From Macrostomum lignano (taxonomy: Eukaryota): a DNA stretch of 64,000 bases. The first letter of the stretch is position 1. Every line of letters starts with the position of its first letter. Positions 55,419 through 64,000 of the stretch are shown here, piece by piece. The notes under the pieces were generated by a model. It saw only the letters and a program-made list of their open reading frames with translations, searched no databases and was not told where the DNA came from. The stretch is from assembly GCA_002269645.1 (NCBI GenBank), contig NIVC01004013.1:1-64000 (forward strand). The letters are read 5' to 3'. The translations under genes and the position numbers were made by a program.

Positions 55419-56099
55419 TAGAATTTTTACATGTAATGCTTATCGCTTGATTGTTTTATTAAATACGTTTGTACAGAACAAGAATTTTTTAATATAATGA
55501 CATTTTGCATTTGCATTTTGCTTGCATTTTTGTCTTTTTAGGCAGAAATTACTATTTAAAACGTGTAGCGATATGTATCGAAAAGAATATAACTAGTTAG
55601 AAAAATAAATTGGCATGAAAATATAGCTAAGATCGCAGGCTTCACAACTTTACTCAGAAATCAGTCGGTTGAATACGAGCGTATCTTGCAGCACAGCAAA
55701 AGTTTTTGCAGCTGGCACATATTCTTCTCTACAAACATTTAGAATGTGGATAAGGAAGTAAGTGGGAGTTGGATGGGATCAATGTGATCAATAATTACTA
55801 TTTTTACAGTTTGTTACAATTTACAACGAAAGAAACACAAGTGCCATCATCAACTGTGGCTGCGCAACGTTTATTTTAACAAAAGCAGAAAAGGCATCAG
55901 CGAAATTAGGAAAATTAAAACCGTGAATTTGAAGCGCACTAAAGCCAATAAAACAGAAGTTCCTAATAGGAATCAAAATTTTCTGGCAATACTACTGACC
56001 TCATTTAGCGTAGTAGTATACACAATATCTTCAATGTATAAAACCTACAGAAGTTTCACAATCATCAGGTTCCTTCGGGTTCAATGATCATTTTATGTT

Positions 56100-56335
56100 C
56101 AGTATCTCATCATTGTGTGTCCAATATCCCCATCATTGTGTGTCCAATATCCCCATCATTGTGTGTCCAATATCCCATCAAATTGTGTGTCCAATATCCC
56201 ATCATTGTTTCCAATGTCCCCATCATTGCGTGTACAATATCCCATCATTGTGCGTCTAATATCCCAACATTGTGTCCAATGTCCCATCATTGTGTGTCCA
56301 ATATCCCATCATTGTTTCGTTTCCAATGTCCCTAT
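56100..56335. repeat. ~23-bp minisatellite (ATCATTGTGTGTCCAATATCCCC)
   Basis: Direct reading. Confidence 0.88.
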
Positions 56336-58379
56336 TATTATGTGATAATTTGCAGTCCCAAAAAAGATACCTAACATTTAAGGTACTACATGCATATTTT
56401 CACAGGAAGGACCCGTGAAGGACCTTTCAAGATGTAGTTTAAGCCTGTAATTCAGTTTTCAAATTTCAATTCGAATGCACTACAATGGTTCAGAAGCCCC
56501 GCACCCAACCCAAAATATTTATCGCATCAAAGTTGACAAGCCCTTGGCAGTGCAATGAAGTGCTGCAGTACCGTATGTGCAGGGGTATTATTACAAGTAA
56601 ATTGACGAGAGCATTAGCTACCCAGTCTATTATCGAATACGGATACCCCGCATCGAGGAGTTCGTTTCAAAGTCAACATTCAGTTAACTCTGAACCCAGA
56701 GAGAGAGAGAGAGAGATCGGAGAGAGAATTTCATGTGACAGAGAGAAAACCATTTTACAATGACAGTATTATAAAATCGCTGAAAATAGCACAACTCAGA
56801 GCAATGTCGATGTCAACCTTTGACCTCCTTGGCCAACTGGTTAAAACAAGAATGTTTTAGCAACTAAATATAGGTCTGGTAAAGTGGCTCGCTCAATGAA
56901 AAGTAAATAAATAAAAGTCATTATCAACATGAAATGTATAGTTATTTATTTGAATTGCCGATGCATTTCCAATATTCCACTGTGTTCATTATCCCACTAA
57001 TGTATTGTTGTAGGTAAACAGTAGGAGTAACTTAACAGTCTTACAATACGAAAACGCCTCGTCATCTAATTAGTGCCAATTAAAAGAATTGCAACACTTG
57101 AATAAATTTCCCCCCCCAACCCCTATCCGACTCCACTAGGAATTTGGATATGTGCCAACTTTGCATGCACTGGCGGATCCAGGGGTTCAAGGGGTCGTCT
57201 GACCCCCCCCCATTCCCGAGAGAATTCGGGGGGGGGGTGTACATGTATGACCATTCTGGAAAACAGAAAAATGTTTCGTTTGCCCTTTCGTAGCTCGAAG
57301 CTTGAACTCACTCGCGGATCCAGGACGGGTCAAGTGGGTTGGCTGACCCCCTCCCCAGAACAAAATCCTGTCTCTGGCACGAGCCATGAGAAAGGGCCTA
57401 TTTTAGTGATTAGAAAAATATAGTTAATGTGTTTTTAAGCTAAATCTCTTAAGCCATCAAACGAATAGCAGCTATTGCCATAAATTACAAGTGACAACGC
57501 AATTCGCCGCCTTTCCAATGACGATCGAAGTGAGCAATGCTATTCTCGTGTTCAATAGTTGCCTTTGAACACCTCTACAGCCACCGTTTCTTTATTGGGT
57601 AACCCCGCTCTGATAAAGGCAAAACCGCTAATAAAGAAATCACAAACCACTTTTTAAAAAATTACCTGCGGCGGCTTTGCCTCCCCTGGCATCAACTGGT
57701 AGCAACCGGTATTGCTGCACCAATGCTCAAGAACTGAGATAAGAAGCACGTGCAAGAGCAAAATTTTTACTGATTATTTTAAAATTATAAAAAAAATCGA
57801 GAAAAAAGATTAAGTTTGACCCGTTTCTCCGGACTTTGGTCTGTTCAAAAAAATAGTTAAAGTGCGCTTCGTTCTGGAAAAAAATGTACAGAAGAGGCGG
57901 AGTGGAGGATTGGCCAGTAGAATACACTCCTGTGCAGTTCGCAGTTTAAGCTTTAATTGTTCATAGCCTGATGACCTTGCAATGCCATGCTAGTCAGGCC
58001 TTTTGTGTGTCTTTACCATAGACGATTTTACAATAATGAAGACAATATAGTGTTTACCATAATGGAGACACTAAAACCAAGGACAACTTGATAACTCAGG
58101 ACCGGAAACGAGCCGATTCATGGCGAAAAAAGTATGAGGCTCGTTTAAAAGCATTGTTTAGCAATTTGACGATCATTATTCACATTTTTAATGCAGAACA
58201 ATCCATTACTACAAACAATGCATTGTCTGTAGGATCTGAAAACAGAAAAACAATACAAAGAATCAGCGGTCGCAGCCAGTGGCGCAACCAGGGGGGGGGG
58301 CGGGGGGGCGGTCGCCCCCCCCTTAGGCGGGGGACCGAAAAAAAATCAAAGAGGGGACCAAGCGAATTTTCGCCAAAAA

Positions 58380-60570
58380 CAGAGACACTACAACACTATG
58401 TAGGAACACTGCATCAATGGAGACACTACAACACTATGTAGGAACACTGCATCAACGGAGACACTACAACACTATGTAGGAACACTGCATCAACGGAGAC
58501 ACTACAACACTATGTAGGAACACTGCATCAACGGAGACACTACAACACTATGTAGGAACACTGCATCAACGGAGACACTACAACACTATGTAGGAACACT
58601 GCATCAACAGAGACACTACAACACTATGTAGGAACACTGCATCAACGGAGACACTACAACACTGTAGGAACACTGCATCAACAGAGACACTACAACACTA
58701 TGTAGGAACACTGCATCAACGGAGACACTACAACACTATGTAGGAACACTGCATCAACGGAGACACTACAACACTATGTAGGAACACTGCATCAACAGAG
58801 ACACTACAGCACTATGTAGGAACACTGCATCAACGGAGACACTACAACACTATGTAGGAACACTGCATCAACGGAGACACTACAACACTATGTAGGAACA
58901 CTGCATCAACGGAGACACTACAACACTATGTAGGAACACTGCATCAACGGAGACACTACAACACTGTAGGAACACTGCATCAACAGAGACACTACAACAC
59001 TATGTAGGAACACTGCATCAACGGAGACACTACAACACTATGTAGGAACACTGCATCAACGGAGACACTACAACACTATGTAGGAACACTGCATCAACAG
59101 AGACACTACAACACTATGTAGGAACACTGCATCAACGGAGACACTACAACACTATGTAGGAACACTGCATCAACGGAGACACTACAACACTATGTAGGAA
59201 CACTGCATCAACAGAGACACTACAACACTATGTAGGAACACTGCATCAACGGAGACACTACAACACTATGTAGGAACACTGCATCAACGGAGACACTACA
59301 ACACTATGTAGGAACACTGCATCAACGGAGACACTACAACACTATGTAGGAACACTGCATCAACGGAGACACTACAACACTATGTAGGAACACTGCATCA
59401 ACGAGAGACACTACAACACTATGTAGGAACACTGCATCAACAGAGACACTACAACACTATGTAGGAACACTGCATCAACGGAGACACTACAACACTATGT
59501 AGGAACACTGCATCAACGGAGACACTACAACACTATGTAGGAACACTGCATCAACGGAGACACTACAACGCTTACGTAGAACACTACATCAATGGAGACA
59601 CTACAACACTACGTAGAAACTACATCAATGGAGACACTACAACACTGTAGGAACACTGCATCAACGGAGACACTACAACACTATGTAGGAACACTGCATC
59701 AACAGAGACACTACAACACTATGTAGGAACACTGCATCAACGGAGACACTACAACACTATGTAGAACACTGCATCAACGGAGACACTACAACACTATGTA
59801 GGAACACTGCATCAACGGAGACACTACAACACTATGTAGGAACACTGCATCAACGGAGACACTACAACACTATGTAGGAACACTGCATCAACAGAGACAC
59901 TACAACACTATGTAGGAACACTGCATCAACAGAGACACTACAACACTATGTAGGAACACTGCATCAACGGAGACACTACAACACTATGTAGGAACACTGC
60001 ATCAACGGAGACACTACAACACTATGTAGGAACACTGCATCAACGGAGACACTACAACGCTTACGTAGAAACACTACATCAATGGAGACACTACAACACT
60101 ACGTAGAAACACTACATCAACGGAGACACTACAACACTGTAGGAACACTGCATCAACGGAGACACTACAACACTATGTAGGAACACTGCATCAACGGAGA
60201 CACTACAACACTATGTAGGAACACTGCATCAACGGAGACACTACAACACTATGTAGGAACACTGCATCAACGGAGACACTACAACACTATGTAGGAACAC
60301 TGCATCAACGGAGACACTACAACACTATGTAGGAACACTGCATCAACGGAGACACTACAACACTATGTAGGAACACTGCATCAACGGAGACACTACAACA
60401 CTATGTAGGAACACTGCATCAACAGAGACACTACAACACTATGTAGGAACACTGCATCAACAGAGACACTACAACACTATGTAGGAACACTGCATCAACG
60501 GAGACACTACAACACTATGTAGGAACACTGCATCAACGGAGACACTACAACGCTTACGTAAAAACACTAT
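58380..60570. repeat. 38-bp tandem repeat (~57 copies; GAGACACTACAACACTATGTAGGAACACTGCATCAACG)
   Basis: Direct reading; no spacers; periodic variant units. Confidence 0.97.
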
Positions 60571-61237
60571 ACCGGTACATCGCGAAGCTCACGAGTGTCT
60601 CTGTGGCACTAAAAAGTCGTGCGTTCACATCATTTACTGGCTATTTCGCAGCAATGGATGCTTGTTTTTACCATAGAATATCACTGCGAGTCTTTATCCA
60701 TGTAGGCTGGGTTCAGTGCAATTCATGCTTTATAGTACAGTGCATTATTGTATTGCAAGCAGACGAGTTTTTAAACACACAATAGGAATAATTATTGTTC
60801 TGACTAATTGCTCGTCTTTTTAGCTTAACTAACCTGTAAACTGTTTATAGATAATTTGGTCAGGCTCGAAAATGCAAAAATTAGTTTTTTCTAACAGAAT
60901 ATTCGAGAAATAAAACTACACGCAGAGAGCGATAAGGGAACGTCAGCGCCATGCAGGTAAAGTGACGAAAAATGAGCAGCGGGCTGGAAGAAACAGAAGA
61001 GCGCGCTCAGGAAACCAGTTCTGATAACTCTAACGGCACAGAAACACATAGAGAGGGTGCAGTTTCCTAATTTCAGAGAGTTGTTGAACTTTGCCCCCCA
61101 CCCTCCCTCTACCCTCCCCAGCAACGAAATCTAAACTATTTTGCAGTTTAAGAGAAAGCAGGCTTATCTCCTAACCGAAGTTGCAATCAGTTATGAAATC
61201 TGGACCCCAAGATGGACCCTAACAGCTAGTTGAAGGG

Positions 61238-61245
61238 TATAAAAA
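61238..61245 (+). promoter_or_regulatory. TATA box of the lipid transfer protein gene
   Basis: TATAAAAA about 140 bp upstream of ATG 61380. Confidence 0.6.
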
Positions 61246-61379
61246 GGCGGCTTTGGGGCTCTGGAGTCCAGTTCAACCAATTTTTCCTTTGGCTCTCAGG
61301 TCAAAAGAATTCTTTAACTCTATACTTGCAAATTGTTGCAATCTGAGAAACTTTGCAAACTAAATTGAAGACTCCAACG

Positions 61380-64000
61380 ATGGAGCACAAGACGGTGCTT
61401 CTTCTGCTAGTGCTGGCGGCTCTGGCTAATGCTGGTAAGCTGGAATTTAGTCAGAAATTTTGCTCTTTTGTTCAACAATGTAGGCGTGTATAGCTGTATC
61501 TCGTTGTGTAAGTGTAAGACATTTAGCTTCGTATGTGTCTTGTGTTCATACTAGTCAGATAAATTTATTGAAAGATTGATAGAATTCATGTAATCTGTAC
61601 CAATCACTGATTTAGATATTCAAATACAGGAATCCATCGGCTGAAATTTTGGGGGAAAGCCCAACAACTGATGCGTGTCTATATTTCAAGAATTAATCCG
61701 TGGATTAAAGAGAGAACTGAATGACTAGAAGCTCAAAACTAATATTTTGCATTTGTCAGCGAAGTTCATAATCAAGCCAATAAAGTTGAGGATTGCCTTT
61801 TGGCAGCAGTAGATTTTGGTCTTGCCCATAGACCATAGAAGTTGACAATTCGGACATAGACATCAGCACAAACAAGGATGCCAGCATCAGCCTCTTTCAT
61901 AGACTCTCTCAGTTTTCAAAACTGTTATTGAATTTTTCAACTCATAGAAATCATACTTAAACATCGACTTCCACGCGGTAAAGATCAGAGTTATCAACTT
62001 GTTTGCCTTTTTCCGTCTATGTCTTTGTCTATGGGCAACAGCCAAATGGGTGTTCAGATTCGAAAATGACTGACCTAATCAACTTTATAACACCGCCAAT
62101 CACCAAATAACAGGTCCGCTGACACGTCGGCAGGATGGCGGTTGCGCCAAATCTTGCCCACGCCCAAAGGACGGCGACGCCCCGTCCCCTTACACTCCCG
62201 GCAAGTCCTACACTTTCAACTACATGACCGGGTGCGATCCGAGATCAAAGGCGCCTCCGAGGAATCTACTGGACTTCGCCTGACTGCCAAAGTCGTGCTG
62301 GATGCATTCTCGACCTGCGAGTTGGCCATGCGGATGGAGGAGGTCCGAGTCAGCGAGCAGGACCCCTCGGACCCGACTCGCTGGACCGAGAGCCCGCATC
62401 AGGCGCAGTTCGAAAGTGAGCTCACCGCCTCCGATGTCCACTTCGTCCTGCGGAACGGCCAAATCCCGGAAGTTTGCGCCGAGCTGCTGGAACCCGAGTG
62501 GGTGTTGAACATCAAGAAGGCCGCGATCAGCATGCTGCAGAACACGAACCCAAACAAAGTCGAGTCCTACAATGGCATCGAGGTGAGTCATTAGATTCGA
62601 CTCATAATGATCTGAATAGTTTACCCTGTCGATGGCTTAAGATTAAGAGAAGTGCTTAAACATCTTGCACAATCATTTGTGCTCACCCTTAGTTGAAGCT
62701 TGGGACTCATAGCAGGGGAGAAACAAACATGCAGAACAACTCACTGCCCGCGTTGCTAAGCTTCAGCTTACGCGAGCTCAAGGGAGAGAAACGGTCGCAT
62801 CGAGCTCCAGAATAATGCCATCAAAGCTTTTAGTCAAAGTATTTGGTGCACTTTAAAGACAATCCTCTGTTCCCGGTTTGAAAAACTTGTATTTCTGAGA
62901 AATAGACATGTAAAAATTCCTGCATTCACTCTCCGTTTTTTCCAGACGGACATCAGCGGCAAGTGCAAGGTCACCTACTCGCCAGCCAAGGAGAGCGGCC
63001 GAGAATTCGAGGTGGTCAAAGTCACCGACCTGATGAGCTGCCTGGACCAGCAGCGGGTTCGAGGCAGCTTCCAGAGCAGCTCCTACAGAGTCCCGGCTCA
63101 GATCCAGTCGATGCCGCTAACAAAGGCCAACAGGACCTGCAAGGTTGTCTACTATTCTAGCGGCAATCTCAAGAGCTCCCTGTGCACCGAGGAGCACATC
63201 TTCAGGCCGTTCAGCACCGACAACGCCGGCGCTGTCACGCAGGTCGAGCAGAGGATGGAGTTTATTGGCTCTGGCGGAATGCCAGGCTCAGTCACCGGTA
63301 ACATTATTTTACTTTTGCTTGGTTATAATTTGGGTTACATGTATTCTGTTGCATGAGTTAATCGATCTGCTGTATTGTACTCTAATGGCGTCCGATAGCA
63401 GAAAAAATATTGAAATGCTTTTTTCACAAGATAAATCTCACTCGTAGGGTGGTAGATTTTAACCTCGTGATTTTAACTCGTGACTCTGACCAGAGGGTCT
63501 TATCGCTGACCTATTTCTTCCATACCCAGCTGCTGCCCTGGAGGAACTGATAAGACGTGACCAGTTTGGTTTAGGCCAGTTTGATCAACACTGGTCCCCT
63601 TTGATAAGTTGCCGAGAGTCCACCAAACTTTGATAGCTCGTACGAAAGTGAAAGTCCGAGGTCAGGGTGAAATCAAAATTCGGGTCGCCATTGAATCTCA
63701 GCTATCAAAATTGCTCTGACCAAGTTGGTCAGAGTTCATGTTTTGCAGATTTAGTTTTCTGGGTCGAGAATCTAAAGTCGACCGAGGGTACACAACAAAA
63801 AACAAAATGCGCGTACACACACACACACACACACCTCAACCCAAGCCCATCAACAATCTTATTTCAGATCATACTTTCAAGCGAAGCCCGCTAGAATATC
63901 AGCACCACGACTTCAAGCAGCCCTCCCGAGTACCCGAGCAGGATGTCCGGTCAGTTCTGAACGACCTCTGCGAGCTTGGTACCTCCGTGACGCCGCAGAC
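61380..64000 (+). CDS. Large lipid transfer protein (apolipophorin/apoB/vitellogenin N-terminal domain), 5' part; exons 61380-61434, 62114-62582, 62946-63297, 63868->64000; one-base frameshift at ~62231
   Basis: Signal peptide MEHKTVLLLLVLAALANA; CAKSC..YTPGKSYTFNY; EPEWVLNIKKAAISMLQN; E|TDISGKCKVTY; CTEEHIFRPFS..GAVTQVEQ; VRSVLNDLC are LLTP/Vitellogenin_N patterns. Splice phases are consistent. The gene runs off the window. Confidence 0.88.

Noticed and set aside
58380-60570. CRISPR array (38-bp repeats)
   Set aside because: Contiguous tandem satellite without spacers.

Overview
Repeat-rich eukaryotic (animal) genomic DNA with GT-AG spliced genes and no prokaryotic operon structure. GC-rich exons, short weak-polypyrimidine introns and dense minisatellites suggest a flatworm such as Macrostomum (inference only). 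Gene models built by hand from splice sites: a probable two-exon secreted single-domain staphylococcal/thermonuclease (6079-7415, -; the most unusual feature), a two-TM Cys-rich membrane protein, a PAN/apple + fibrinogen-domain secreted protein, goosecoid (with a GC-AG intron in the homeobox), a compact ZO-1-like MAGUK, a NOS1AP/CAPON homologue, a TMEM143 homologue whose four introns are each filled with a different minisatellite, the 5' part of an apolipophorin/vitellogenin-type lipid transfer protein (one-base frameshift), and a tRNA-Ala(AGC). Mobile DNA includes a decayed Mag-like Ty3/gypsy element with a nested LINE fragment, three copies of an RTE-like LINE with (GTT)n tails, and several MITEs with clear TSDs. 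About 20 micro- and minisatellite arrays are present. A near CpG-free block lies at about 51.1-54.3 kb. All calls come from reading the sequence; no database searches were run.
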